Notes under the pieces: generated by a model
The model's database searches: none
The model's input: the letters and a program-made list of their open reading frames with translations, nothing else
Told to the model about the DNA's origin: nothing
Source of the DNA: Azolla caroliniana
Lineage: Eukaryota > Plantae > Polypodiophyta
NCBI GenBank assembly: GCA_043228905.1
Contig: JBHGNT010000008.1
Span: 8,680,001 to 8,744,000 of the forward strand
DNA: 64,000 bases
Direction: 5' to 3'
Position numbers and translations under genes: made by a program
In this document: piece by piece, positions 22,781 through 35,228 of the stretch
Numbering within the stretch: position 1 is the stretch's first letter
Layout of the letters: each line of letters begins with the position of its first letter

Positions 22781-23163
22781 TGTAGTCATTCTTGTTGGCG
22801 CAAGATTAGAGCGCAATAGTGTACACACAGAGAGAGAGAGAGAGAGAGAGTAAGAGACGAAGAGTTCGTATCTCTGTTGTAACCGCCGCCTGTGGCGAAG
22901 ATTGTGAGCACAAGGTCATTGCCTCCATTCACTCACTGTTGTATATTGTTACATAGTGATAGTTAGCAGTCAGTGGACTGTCGTGGTTTTTTCCCGTGTT
23001 CGGGTTTTCCATGTAAACATCCTGTTTACTCTTCTCTCCATTGTATCGTGCATTCATTCCCATTTTTTCTGTGTTTGATTTTAAGCTTGGTTGTGGCCGA
23101 GTGTTGTTCATCGAAAGCGTGCAGTTCCTGTCAAAGTGGTATCAGAGCGAAACGACAAAGAAA

Positions 23164-26100
23164 ATGGACGAATCGTTGGGAGGCATGCTCAAGCTTACCG
23201 GCTACAACTATTCAGTGTGGAAGTCGAAGATGAGGGACATGCTCGTGGTTAAAGATCTTTGGTTTCCGGTTCAGTTCGAGGACAAGAGACCGGACAAAAT
23301 CAACGCCACGATATGGGAGGTGATGCACATGAAGACAACGGCGTACATACGGTGCTTCATTGACATGAGTCTATACAACAACTTCAATGAAGAGAGCAAG
23401 GCTCATGAGCTCTGGGAGAAGATCGGCATTATGTTTCAAAACAAAAATGTTGTTAATCAGGTTTCGGTATTTCGGAAACTAGTAAGACTCCGGTACCAAG
23501 ATGGCTCCAGCATGGCGGAGCACATGAATGCCTTCCAGGGGCTGATCCACCAAGCAACATCATTGGAAGTACCTCTCGCCGACGAAGTACTAGCACTACT
23601 CCTACTCGGTTCCCTCCCAGATAGCTGGGAGATGTTGGTTGTCACTTTGGGCAACGCCGGGCCGGAAGGGAAACAGTTATCCCTAGCAAGAGTGAACTCG
23701 AGCTTGCTAGATGAGGAGGCGCGTCGGAAAGATAAGGATATGAGCTCCGACTCCAAAGTGCTCCTTACCGAATCAGAACGCGGAAGACAAAGGAACCGTA
23801 GCCCCCAGAACCGGGAAAAGTCGGGGACACGGTCAAAGTCAAGGGGGAGGCCTACTTGCTTCTATTGCGGCAAGCCGGGACACTTCCAGAAGAACTATCG
23901 GCACTTCCGAAAAGACAAGGAAACTGACAGTACCAATTCGAAGCAGACACCGGACCGGAACGGTAAAGACCGGAGGGGGCCGGACCGGAAGGGAACAACG
24001 GCAATCGTGGCAAGTGAAGAAGAGTCGATGCTCATCACCGAGGAGAGTGAGCTAAACCTTGCCGGCGACGAGATGACTTGGGTGGTCGACTTCGGAGCGT
24101 CGTTCCACCTTACCCCGGACCGGAAATGCTTGTCATCCTACTCAGCCGGTGATCACGGCTGTGTCCGGATGGGGAATGAAGGTACATCTGAATTGTCATC
24201 TTAGGAGACGTGTGGTTGACAACACCAACCGGATGCAAGCTGCTGCTGAAGGATGTCCAACACGTTCCGAAGGTTCGTCTGAACCTGATATCAGCCGGTC
24301 GGCGAGATGATGAAGGCTATACGGGTAGCATCCGGAACGGTGTTATGAAGTTCAGCAAAGGGAGCCTGATTGTGGCTCGGGCCCAGAAGGTCAACACGTT
24401 GTACCTGATGAAGGCCCAGTTATGCCCGGGAGAAGTGAACGTGGCATCCAACACTGCCGATGAGCTGCGGCACAACAGGTTGTGTCACATGAGCGAGAAG
24501 GGGATGGAGAGGCTTGCAGACGACAACCTCATTCCAGTGAAGAACGTGCACTTGGAGAAGTGCATTGATTGTCTGGCCGGTAAACAAAACCGGACCTCCT
24601 TCCGATCGAGGCCACCGATCAGACGTAATGCACCACTGGAGTTGGTGCATACTGATGTATTTCAAGTGGACACAAAGTCACATGCTGGATCGCAATACTT
24701 CGTGACGTTCATAGATGACCACAGCCGGAAGCTGTGGGCCAGACCATTGAAGACGAAGGATCAGGTGTTATCCGTCTTCAAAGAGCTCCACGCGAGAGTG
24801 GAAAGAGAAACCGGCCAGAAGCTGAAGGCGGTTCGAGCAAATAATGGAGGTGAATACCGGGGGCAGTTCAAGGAGTATTGTCGCTCGAAGGGAATTCGGC
24901 TCGAATTTACCGTGCCGAAGACGCCGGAACTAAATGGGATGGCCGAGAGGATGAACCGGACCATAATGGAGAGGGTCTGTAGTATGCTGGCACATGCAAA
25001 ACTACCCAAGAAGTTTTGGGCTGACGCACTGTCGACGGCGACATATGTGATAAACAGATCACCCTCAGTACCCTTGGACGGAGACACACCACAGAGAGTC
25101 TGGACCGGTAAGGAAGTGTCCTACCGGCATCTGAAGGTATTCAGGTGTCTTGCGTATGTGCATGTAACTAAGGACCGAAGAGGAAAACTAGATCCAAAGA
25201 CCTGGCCAGGCATACTCCTCAGTTACGGCGACGATGAGTTCGGCTACCGAGTGTGGGACCTGGTCGACAAGAAGGTATTCCGGAGTCGAGATATTATCTT
25301 CATGGAGGACAAGACGCTCGCCAAATGGGAGTCGGTGAAGAAGATAATGAACTCCGAGTCGACCGGTAAGGATCGATTCTACGACGAGCAGACCAAACCA
25401 GCAAGAGACCGGTTAGCACTCGAGGAACCAGCCGGTAACTGTGAGGATACCGAACCGGCAGAAGAAGAAGCAGAGGAAGCTGAAACCGGAACCGGCCAAG
25501 ACCCCGAATCGGATTCGGATGAAGAGCAAATGGAGGAGCCGGTTACCGAAGCCCAAAGACGGAGATATCCTCTCACAGAGAGAAGGACTGCCTGGGGATT
25601 TCCGGATGCAGAGCATGTGCGGCTAACCGATGAGGGGGAGCCAGAAAGCTTCGAAGAAGCGAAGGATGACACCAATAGCCGCAAATGGTTAAGTGCCATA
25701 CAGAATGAGATGGATTCCCTGCATGAGAACCATACGTACAAATTGGTGTAGTTGCCGAAAGGAAAGCGGGTACTCCGAAACAAGTGGGTGTACAAGTTGA
25801 AACCGGGAGATGCCGGAAACCCCCCGAGATACAAAGCCAGGATCGTGGTAAAGGGGTTCCAGCAGAAGAAGGGCGTGGACTTCGACGAGATATTTGCCCT
25901 GGTAGTAAAGATGACCTCCATGTAGACGGTGCTGAGTATAGTGGCAAGCATGGACCTCGAGGTAAAGCATCTGGACATGAAGACGGCATTCCTTCATGGT
26001 GACCTCGAAGAGGAGATCTACATGCAGCAACCGGAAGGATTCGTAGAGAAAGGGAAGGAGCATCTGGTTTGCCGGTTGAAGAAGAGCTTGTACGGACTGA

Positions 26101-27209
26101 AGCGGGCCCCCCGACAATGGTACCGGAAGTTCGACTCCTTCATGACCGATCAAGGGTACCACAAGACGCAGGCCGATCACGGCGTGTTTGTGAAGAAGTT
26201 CGAAGGAGGCGACTTCCTGATACTCCTTCTGTATGTGGACAACATGTTGATTGTCGGACGGAACCAAGCCAAAATACGGATGCTGAAGAAGGCTCTCAAC
26301 CGAACCTTCGCGATGAAAGACTTGGGTCCGGCAAGACAGATGTTGGGGATGCATATCATCCGGAACCGGCCAACGAAGCAACTATGGCTCTCACAGGAGA
26401 AATACGTGACAAAGGTGCTTTAGCGGTTCAACATGTTAGAAGCGAAACCGGTCAGATCGACACTCCCGGCAAACTGCAGACTATCCAGTAAGAAAAGCCC
26501 GAAGACGAAAGCGGAGAAGGCTGATATGATGAAGGTTCCATATGCCTCTGCCGTCGGGAGCTTAATGTACGCAATGGTGTGTACCCGACCGGATATAGGA
26601 TATGCAGTCAGAGTGGTGAGCCGGTTTATGAGCAATCCCGGCAAGGAGCACTGGAACGCAGTCAAATGGATACTCCGGTACTTGAAGGGCACTTCAAATA
26701 TGTGTCTCCGATTCGGCTCCGGAAAACCTCAATTTGACGGTTTTACCGATTCGGATATGTCGGTTGATGTGGATACCAGCCGGTCTACATCCGGGTATGT
26801 AATGACATATGCAGGGGGAGCTGTTTCGTGGCAGTCAAGGCTGTAGAAGACGGTTGCATTGTCAACCACGAAGGCGGAGTACATGGCGGTTGTGGAAGCC
26901 GGCAAGGAAATATTATGGATGAAGGACTTCATCAGAGAGCTCGGTATCCGGCAAGATGAATACCGGCTCTATTACGACAATCAAAGTGCCATCCACCTTG
27001 CTAAGAATGCGGCCTACCATTCCCGGACGAAGCATATCCAGCGAAGGTATCACTGGATCCGGGAAAGAGTAGATGACCAGGAGTTCGCGCTGACGAAGAT
27101 CCACATGGCCGAGAACGGGTCAGATATGCTGACCAAAGTACTGATACCTGACAAGCTGGATGCATGTCGGAAGCGGATCGGACTAGTAAGACATCCCATG
27201 CTGGAGTGA
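23164..27209 (+). pseudogene. Gag-Pol of copia F with several stops and frameshifts
   Basis: ORF pieces closely parallel the protein at 217-4293; catalytic motifs altered (DFGAS, YVDN). Confidence 0.92.
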
Positions 27210-29927
27210 AGGGGGAGTTTGTTAGGAAACAGGTCCCTCCGGATGGGAAGTGAAAAGAACAGTGATATGGAGTACCCGACAATGGAAGACCCGATGAGAG
27301 CTGGATGACGAGTACCCGGCAAGAACCGGATGGTGAAGACCCGGTGAGAACCGGATGTGTAGTACCCGGCAACGGAAGACCCGGTGAGAACTGGATGAGG
27401 AGTACCTGGCAACGGAAGACCCGGTGAGAACCCAATGACTTGTGCCCGGCAAGCGCCGGATGATGCAGGCCTGGTGAGGAATGCTCACCGGATGAAGGGA
27501 CATATTGGGTAAATATGTTTTTGAGAGTCCATCGGGGCTATATTTGTAAATAGCAGAAAAGTCATATTAGTATAAATATGACTTAGGGCAAACTTACTAT
27601 GTTGTTGTTGTTGTTGTAGTTGTAGTCATTCTTGTTGGCGCAAGATTAGAGCGCAACAGTGTACAGAGAGAGAGAGAGAGAGAGTAAGAGACGAAGAGTT
27701 CGTATCTCTGTTGTAACCGCCGCCTGTGGCGAAGATCGTGAGCACGAGGTCGTTGCCTCCATGCGCTCACTGTTGTATATTGTTACATAGTGATAGTTAG
27801 CAGTCAGTGGACTGCCGTGGTTTTTTCCCGTGTTTGGGTTTTCCACGTAAACATCCTGTGTACTCTTCTCTCCATTGTGTCGTACATTCATTCCCGTTTT
27901 TTCTGTGTTTGATTTTAAGCTTGGTTGTGGCCGAGCGTTGTTCATCAGGAGCGTGTAGTTCCTGTCAGATAATTCGGCATGTCCCTTCCTTCCCCATCCG
28001 GACACAACCATGATCACCGACTATCTAGGATGAGAAGCATATCCGGTTCGGTGTTAAGTGGAAAGAGGCTCCGGAATCGACAACCCACATTGTCTTATCG
28101 CCGACAAGGTTTAACTCATTCTCTTCGGTAATGCGCATCAATTCCTCTTCACTTGTCGCGATCGCCGACATTCCTTTCCGATCCGGGCCTCTCTGGTCCG
28201 AACCGTTTCTGTCCGAACTCTTCTTCGAATCGGTTGTGCCAGTTTCCTTCTCTTTCCGGAAATGCCGACAGTTCTTCTGGAAGTGTCCCGGCTTCCCACA
28301 ATAGAAGCACGTGGGCCTCCCCCTTGACTTTGACCTCGTCCCCGATTTGTCCTGGTTTTGGGGACTTTGATACCGGCCTTTTCCCCGGTTCTGGTCATCT
28401 TCCGTGACCAAGGACTTCAGATCGGTTTCGGACTCCCGGTTCTTCTGGCGAGCTTCTTCATCTAGCAAGCTTGACTTTACCCTTGCTAGGGACAGTTGTT
28501 TTCCCTCCGGCCCGACATTGCCCAACGTGACAACTAATGTCTCCCAGCTATCCGGGAGGGAACTGAGTAGGAGCAATGCAAGTACCTCATCGGCGAGAGG
28601 TACTTCCAATGAGGTTGCTTGGTGTATCAGCCCCTGGAAGGCATTCATGTGCTCCACCATACTAGAGTCGTCCTAGTACCGGTGCCTCACTACCTTCCGG
28701 AGTACCGAAACCTGATTAATGACATTCTTGTTCTGGAACATGATGTCGATCTTCTCCCAGAGTTCATGAGCCTTGCTATCTTCATGGAAGTTGTTGTACA
28801 GGCCTATGTCAATGAAACACCGAATGTATGTCGTCGTCTTCATGTGCATCACCTCCCACACTGTAGCATCGATCTTATCCGGTCTTTTGGCCCCGAACTG
28901 AACTGGCAACCAAATATCTTTAACCACCAGCATATCCCTCATCTTCGACTTCCACACTGAGTAGTTGGAGCCTGTAAGCTTGAACATGCCGCCAAATGAT
29001 TCTTCCATTTCCTATTTTGCTCGCTATGATACCAGTTTGTTGAGAAACAGCGCGGAATATTGCTCGGCCACAACTGAGACTTGAACACTTCGATGAGAAT
29101 GGAGAACACATAAATGGGAACTAAAGAGTGAACACAAGATGTTTACGTGGAAAACCCTAATAGGGAAAAACCACGGGAGCCCACAGACTTCGAACTATCA
29201 CTATAAAGAAAAGGGTTACAATCAGAGACTCGTAGGCAACGACCTCGAGCTCTGTATCTTCGCCAAGCGGCGGTTACAACAGAGTATCGCTCTATACCTC
29301 TCTCTCCCGCTCTGTCGCTCTTTGTACAGTAGTTATACGCCTACAATAATATCAACAACCTTACAAAGTGATTGCCCTAAGTCATATTTATACTTATATG
29401 AACTTAGGGCTATTTACAAATATAGCCTCAATAGACTTGCTCAAGACATATTTATAGATATGTCTTCTCTTCCGGTTCTCAACGGGTCTCCTCCGGTTTC
29501 CGGATCTCTTCCGGTTCTCACCGGGTCCTCTTTATTCATCACCGGATCCCATCCGGAGAGACCAATTTCCCAACAGAGAACAAAACATTAGGCACAAGAT
29601 GACCCCTTTTTGCTCAGGCTCAACGGCTCAATATATATAGAATGAACAAATACATCAATGCTCAACCTAGGTTGCAAAGTCAATTTATATAATGACTGAC
29701 TTAGGGCAACTGCCCTTCTTAGTATTTACAAATGTTGGGAGATCAATCTCAACTTAGTTTAGTTATTTAGTCAACCATGTAACTTCGTGGTTACCTAGAT
29801 AGAATCTAGTTAGGAGTGTTGACTATAAACCCTTAAATAGGATTTTGTACTTGTACGTAAGTGGGGATACATTTAGGATTCTCCACTACCAAGTATATTG
29901 AATATAAGACTTACATCCTTGTACCTG

Positions 29928-29992
29928 TCATAACTAGACTCGAACCCATAACCTTTTGTTACACGGGTCGAGACTTTACCATTAGGTTATGA
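29928..29992 (-). other. tRNA-like A/B-box module at the start of the 5' LTR of H (also 35223-35287 in the 3' LTR)
   Basis: Minus strand TAACCTAATGG (29989-29979) and GGTTCGAGTCT (29946-29936), 43 nt apart. Confidence 0.55.
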
Positions 29993-30210
29993 ATTGTAAT
30001 TTGAAGGATATTATTTTCATTTAGGTTTTATTGGAAATTGATGTATATTCCAGATTTCTCTGGAACATTCTAGAAACTTCAGGAGTATTCCTGAAGACAC
30101 TATAAAAGGAGGCGCAAGGCATTAGTTCGAACCAAATCGGTTCAACGCCAGTCTTAAGCCTTCTAACTACTGTTGTATATCTTCCTTCATATAATACATA
30201 TATCTTTCGC

Positions 30211-30270
<60 letters not shown>

Positions 30271-30480
30271 ACTCATTCCTTCTCTCAAAGTTCGACTCCT
30301 CTCATAGTACTAATCCTTCTCTGTCTTAGTACTATTCCCCAACAATAGTACTAATCCTTCTTTTAGTACTAATTCCTTCTCTGCCTTAATAGAGTTCCTG
30401 ACAGTTTGAACCGATTTCCTGTCTGGTCTTTTCTCTCCCTCCTTTCCTACTAGTCTCTTATTTCCCTTTTTCTTCATCCC

Positions 30481-31644
30481 ATGGCCACCGTTAGCGCTGA
30501 AGAGTATCAATCCGTTTTCTCGGAATTTCAATGCTTGAAAGAGAAGTTTCATGCTTTGGAACAAGAAAATCAACGCTTGTTGGGGGATCTTCAGCAAATT
30601 TCCTTAGAAAAGCAGCAAACGCAACAACAGCATGGGGAACTTGCGTTACGCGTGCAACAACTCGAAGCAACCATCGTAGCAATGCAACAACAAGGGCACG
30701 GAGCACAAGGGATTCATAAAGAACCCAAGATTGGCCTTCCCACGAAGTTCGATGGAACGCGATCGCAGTTTAGAGGGTTTCTTAACCAGGTACGGTTAGT
30801 TATTCAAATGCATCCGTCCCGATATCCCACCGATGCATCACGAGTGGGTTTAGTAGGCACGTTGTTAAATGGCTCAGCATTAGCATGGTTCGCTCCGCTA
30901 CTAGAAAAGGAATCTCCAGTACTAAATAATTTTGAAGAATTCATAAGTGAGTTTAAAGCATGTTTTGGAGATACTGACAGCATAAGGACTGCAATCAACA
31001 AAATCCGGCGATTACGCCAAGGTGACCGTCCAGCCTCCGCATATGCTGCAGATTTCCGCCTACTCGCCGCCGATATCCCCTGGGATGATCAAGCATTGAT
31101 GGAGCAGTTCCGCTATGGTCTACGCAACGATGTCAAGGATTTACTCTTGACTTTCCCTGAAGAGCCAAAATCATTAACAGAAGCAATCAGTCGAGCGGTC
31201 AGATGTGACAACCGCCTCTTCGAGCGACGTTCGGAACGACAATTTCAGATGCCAAGGGCAAGATCCGAGCCTACCTATGCCTCAGTGGTAGCAAAACCTT
31301 TTCAAAGGGAGTCACATAATGCGCCTCCAGTAAGTATTCCAACTCCAATGGAAATTGACACTACACGTCGTCGTGGGCCGCTATCGGAGGAGGAAAAGCA
31401 ACGACGCCGAACAAACCGATTATGCCTTTATTGCGGTGGACCAGGGCATATCGCGATAAACTGTCCCCATAGACCAAGAAGGCAGGTAAACCAAGTCGTT
31501 GTTAGTTCTGACTATACTAAACCCGAGTCTATTTCAGTAGGAATCTCTGATAGTCCTCATAGTCATAATAGTCCTAATAGTACTAATAATCTCGCAAACA
31601 AATTTGATGTCCTTAGCCAATTAGAAGAAGAGTTAAACGACTAA
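30481..31644 (+). CDS. Gag of chromovirus H
   Basis: Coiled-coil N-terminus, PTKFDG, LRQG..ASAY...F, PMEID, CLYCGGPGHIAINC. Confidence 0.95.
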   Translation: MATVSAEEYQSVFSEFQCLKEKFHALEQENQRLLGDLQQISLEKQQTQQQHGELALRVQQLEATIVAMQQQGHGAQGIHKEPKIGLPTKFDGTRSQFRGFLNQVRLVIQMHPSRYPTDASRVGLVGTLLNGSALAWFAPLLEKESPVLNNFEEFISEFKACFGDTDSIRTAINKIRRLRQGDRPASAYAADFRLLAADIPWDDQALMEQFRYGLRNDVKDLLLTFPEEPKSLTEAISRAVRCDNRLFERRSERQFQMPRARSEPTYASVVAKPFQRESHNAPPVSIPTPMEIDTTRRRGPLSEEEKQRRRTNRLCLYCGGPGHIAINCPHRPRRQVNQVVVSSDYTKPESISVGISDSPHSHNSPNSTNNLANKFDVLSQLEEELND

Positions 31645-34600
31645 GTCCAGCCAAAATAGGAGCCGTTTGGTTGGACAGCCCTAGATCTGTGCAGCCCATT
31701 AGTGGTTCCATTCCCTCTAAGCAAGTTAGTGATGTGTTCGTAGCCCAAGTAGCAGTTAGTACTAAAAGTACCCCTCCAGTACATACCTTAGCCCTTCTAG
31801 ATTCCGGAGCTAATTCTTGCTTCATGGATAGGAATTTTGCCCGAGCTCATCAGATATCTCTCAGAAAGCTCCCATGTCCAGCCTCAGTAGTAGTCATTGA
31901 TGGTCGTCCCATTGCTTCTGGTAATATCATAGAAGAGTCGGAACCCGTTAATATTGTCCTAGATAACTTAACATGTGTAGTATCATTTAATATTATTAGT
32001 ATTCCAGAACACCCCATAGTTTTAGGATTACCATGGTTCGAGTTACATAACCCAGACATAGATTGGAGGACAAGGGAAATCCGGTTGCAACAAACCCAAG
32101 GACCTACCCAGAAGGTTGCAACCATTTCGCTACGTCAGTTGCGTGAGGAAGGGCGCAAGGAGGAAATGTTTCTCTTCGCAATATCAGTACAACCCTCCAG
32201 CACCACCAAAGAGGAGTCCACCGTTCAACTTCCCGAGAAGTATCGTCAGTATGCTGATGTGTTCGATAAAGTACAAGCCAACACACTTCCTCATCATCGG
32301 CCGTACGATTGCGCCATCGACTTACAACCGGGAAAAGAGCCGCCATGGGGGCCGATCTACAATTTGTCACCAACCGAGCTAGAAGTCCTTCGAGCCTATA
32401 TAGAGGAGAATTTGGAGAACGGTTTCATTCGGCATTCGAAATCTCCAGCCGGCGCACCCATTTTCTTCGTCAAGAAAAAAGATGGCTCGCTTCGACTCGT
32501 TGTAGATTACCGTGGCTTGAATAAGGTCACAGTAAGAAATAGGTATGCTCTTCCCCTTATCTCAAGTCTTTTAGAACGGATCAACGGTGCCAGGTTCTTC
32601 ACGAAGATCGACTTACGAGGAGCCTATAACCTCGTACGGATCCGACCAGGAGATGAATGGAAGACCGCGTTTCGCACCAGATATGGGCACTTCGAGTATA
32701 CGGTCATGCCGTTCGGACTCACTAATGCGTCGGCAGTCTTCCAGCACATGGCGAATGATATATTTCGAGATCTCTTGGATGATTTTTTGATCATCTATTT
32801 GGATGATCTACTGGTTTATTCAAAGACCCAAGAAGAACATGATTCTCATGTACTATTAGTACTAAAACGACTTCGAGAACATGGTCTGTATGCAAAGTTA
32901 GAGAAATGTAGTTTCGGGTGCAACCAAGTGGAATTTCTCGGCTATGTCATCTCCTCAGAAGGCATATCTATGGACCCAGCCAAGGTCAAAACGGTGATAG
33001 AATGGCACACTCCGCATTCGGTGCGGGATGTGCAATGCTTCCTAGGCTTTGCAAATTTTTACCGGAAGTTCATACAAAATTACTCAAAAATTGTGCTGCC
33101 TCTCACACAGCTCACCAGGAAGGGACAATCATTCATTTGGTCTAAAGAGACGGACATGGCTTTCGAGAGTCTTAAGAAGGCGTTTACATCAGCTCCAATT
33201 TTAGGTCATGTGGATCCGGAAAAACCATTCATTATCGAAGCTGACGCATCGGATTTCGCATTGGGGAGCATTCTGTCACAACAGGGTAACGACGAGAAGC
33301 TACATCCTGTGGCTTTCCACTCCCGTAAGTTTGACGCCGCCGAAATCAACTACGAAATTCATGATAAAGAGCTATTAGCAATAGTTGATTCTTTTATGCA
33401 ATGGAGGCATTTCCTGGAGGGATCTCCTCATCAGGTCACTGTATTCAGTGACCACAAGAACCTTGCCTACTTTCAAGATGCTCGTGTACTGAATCGACGT
33501 CAAGCTCGGTGGGCCCACTTCCTCACACGCTTCGACTTCAAAATTACATATCGTCCGGGGAAGCACCAAGGGAAGGCAGATGCATTATCACGGCGTTCGT
33601 ATCTAACACCACGTCCCGGTGAGCCAGCTTTCGATAACCAGAAGCAAGTAATCTTGGGTCCAGCACGACTGCAAGCAGCACAGGTCTTTGACATACCCGT
33701 GGATTCCGACATTACCAATACTATACGTGAGGACTTGAAGACTGACGCTTTCGCCCAAGCTATACTAGCACAAATTGACCCCTCTCGAGCGTCATGTTCA
33801 CAATCACAATCACCAGGTACGGATTATCGGCAATTCAAATACTGTGATGGATTACTCTTCTTTAAAGAACTTTTGTATGTTCCTAATGGTTCTTGCCGCC
33901 TTCGAGTAGTACAAAATTGCCATGACACATATACAGCAGGACATTTTGGTAGTACTAAAACATTAGATTTAGTACAACGATCATTCTGGTGGCCCCGTAT
34001 GCGACAATTTGTCGAAGATTTTGTTCGGACTTGCGATACATGCTGCAGAGCGAAAATGCCAAGACATCATCCATATGGTTTATTAGAACCATTACCAATT
34101 CCAAGCAAGCCATGGCAATCCATTGCTCTTGACTTCATTACAGATCTTCCAGTCTCTAAGGGATTCAGTGCGATTCTCACAGTGGTGGATCGATATACGA
34201 AGATGGCTCATTTCTTACCATGTACTAAAGAAATATCTAGTGAAGACACCGCCGAAATTGTCATGCGGGAAGTATGTCGGCATCATGGACTCCCTGATAA
34301 TATCATCAGCGATCGTGGACCCCAGTTTGTGTCAAAATTCTGGAAGCACCTTTTTAAAATGCTGAAGGTCACTTGTAACCTCTCCTCCGGCTACCACCCA
34401 CAAACCGACGGTCAAGCCGAACGAACAAATCAAACACTGGAGCAGTATCTGCGGTGCTTTCTCAACTATCATCAGGATGACTGGGCAGATATTCTTCAGT
34501 TCGCCGAATTTGCCTATAATAACGCTATCCACGCATCGACTAAAGTCACGCCATTCTACGCTTATACGGGATATCATCCCCGGTGGTGTATCCTTGAAAC

Positions 34601-35228
34601 CCCAGAAGTGTCCACAAATCCTTGCGCGGAGGATCGTTTGGAGCGGTTACGCAAGATACAAGCGGATTTATCTACTCAACTCCAGCAAGCTCAACAATCA
34701 CACAAGGACTACGCAGATCGTCATCGACTTCCATCCAGTTTTAACATTGGAGATCGGGTGTGGCTGCTACGACGACACATCAAGACTACTCGCCCATGTG
34801 AAAAGTTGGATTATCGGCGATTAGGTCCTTTCCGTATTATCGGGAAGATTAATGATGTCGCTTTTCGTCTCGAGCTACCTCCGCAACTTCGGATACATCC
34901 GGTGTTTCATAGTTCTCTCCTCGAACCCTATCACGAGAGCACTATCCCAGGACGTACTATACAACCACCACCTCCTATCGAGCTCGAAGATGGACCTGAG
35001 TATGAGGTCGCTGCCATCCTCGATTCCAAGATTGTTCGCAACAAGCTCTACTATCTAGTCGATTGGCTAGGATATAGTCCCAGCGAGCGTACTTGGGAAC
35101 CGATCGAGAATGTGACCAATGCTCGTGCTCTTCTAGAAGACTTCCATCGACGATATCCCGAGAAACCGGGTCCTCAATCCAAAACGACTCATGGAACTCG
35201 TCGTTTTAAAGGGGGGATAGTGTCATAA
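31638..35228 (+). CDS. Pol of chromovirus H (PR, RT, RNase H, integrase, chromodomain); -1 frame to gag
   Basis: LLDSGA, YLDD, ADASD, H-H-C-C, SDRGPQF, GPF and C-terminal EYEV..ILD...YLVDWLGY....TWEP. Frame is open from the slippery site. Confidence 0.95.
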   Translation, partial: RLSPAKIGAVWLDSPRSVQPISGSIPSKQVSDVFVAQVAVSTKSTPPVHTLALLDSGANSCFMDRNFARAHQISLRKLPCPASVVVIDGRPIASGNIIEESEPVNIVLDNLTCVVSFNIISIPEHPIVLGLPWFELHNPDIDWRTREIRLQQTQGPTQKVATISLRQLREEGRKEEMFLFAISVQPSSTTKEESTVQLPEKYRQYADVFDKVQANTLPHHRPYDCAIDLQPGKEPPWGPIYNLSPTELEVLRAYIEENLENGFIRHSKSPAGAPIFFVKKKDGSLRLVVDYRGLNKVTVRNRYALPLISSLLERINGARFFTKIDLRGAYNLVRIRPGDEWKTAFRTRYGHFEYTVMPFGLTNASAVFQHMANDIFRDLLDDFLIIYLDDLLVYSKTQEEHDSHVLLVLKRLREHGLYAKLEKCSFGCNQVEFLGYVISSEGISMDPAKVKTVIEWHTPHSVRDVQCFLGFANFYRKFIQNYSKIVLPLTQLTRKGQSFIWSKETDMAFESLKKAFTSAPILGHVDPEKPFIIEADASDFALGSILSQQGNDEKLHPVAFHSRKFDAAEINYEIHDKELLAIVDSFMQWRHFLEGSPHQVTVFSDHKNLAYFQDARVLNRRQARWAHFLTRFDFKITYRPGKHQGKADALSRRSYLTPRPGEPAFDNQKQVILGPARLQAAQVFDIPVDSDITNTIREDLKTDAFAQAILAQIDPSRASCSQSQSPGTDYRQFKYCDGLLFFKELLYVPNGSCRLRVVQNCHDTYTAGHFGSTKTLDLVQRSFWWPRMRQFVEDFVRTCDTCCRAKMPRHHPYGLLEPLPIPSKPWQSIALDFITDLPVSKGFSAILTVVDRYTKMAHFLPCTKEISSEDTAEIVMREVCRHHGLPDNIISDRGPQFVSKFWKHLFKMLKVTCNLSSGYHPQTDGQAERTNQTLEQYLRCFLNYHQDDWADILQFAEFAYNNAIHASTKVTPFYAYTGYHPRWCILETPEVSTNPCAEDRLERLRKIQADLSTQLQQAQQSHKDYADRHRLPSSFNIGDRVWLLRRHIKTTRPCEKLDYRRLGPFRIIGKINDVAFRLELPPQLRIHPVFHSSLLEPYHESTIPGRTIQPPPPIELEDGPEYEVAAILDSKIVRNKLYYLVDWLGYSPSERTWEPIENVTNARALLEDFHRRYPEKPGPQSKTTHGTRRFKGGIVS

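Larger units (their letters stand above)
22434..27967 (+). mobile_element. Full-length degenerate Ty1/copia element F (relative of A)
   Basis: LTRs 22434-23133 and 27220-27967; TSD GATAA at 22429-22433 and 27968-27972; PBS 23137-23148; PPT before 27220. Confidence 0.95.
16153..29575 (-). mobile_element. Ty1/copia element D (relative of A), split by E and F; pieces ~16153-16242, 20078-22433, 27968-29575; 3' end lost
   Basis: 5' LTR 29038-29575, mutated PBS 29023-29034, gag 28025-29008. Coding sequence is continuous across both insertions once the TSDs are removed (YTI|MVCTRPDIG; RII|IGIGDV). Confidence 0.88.
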
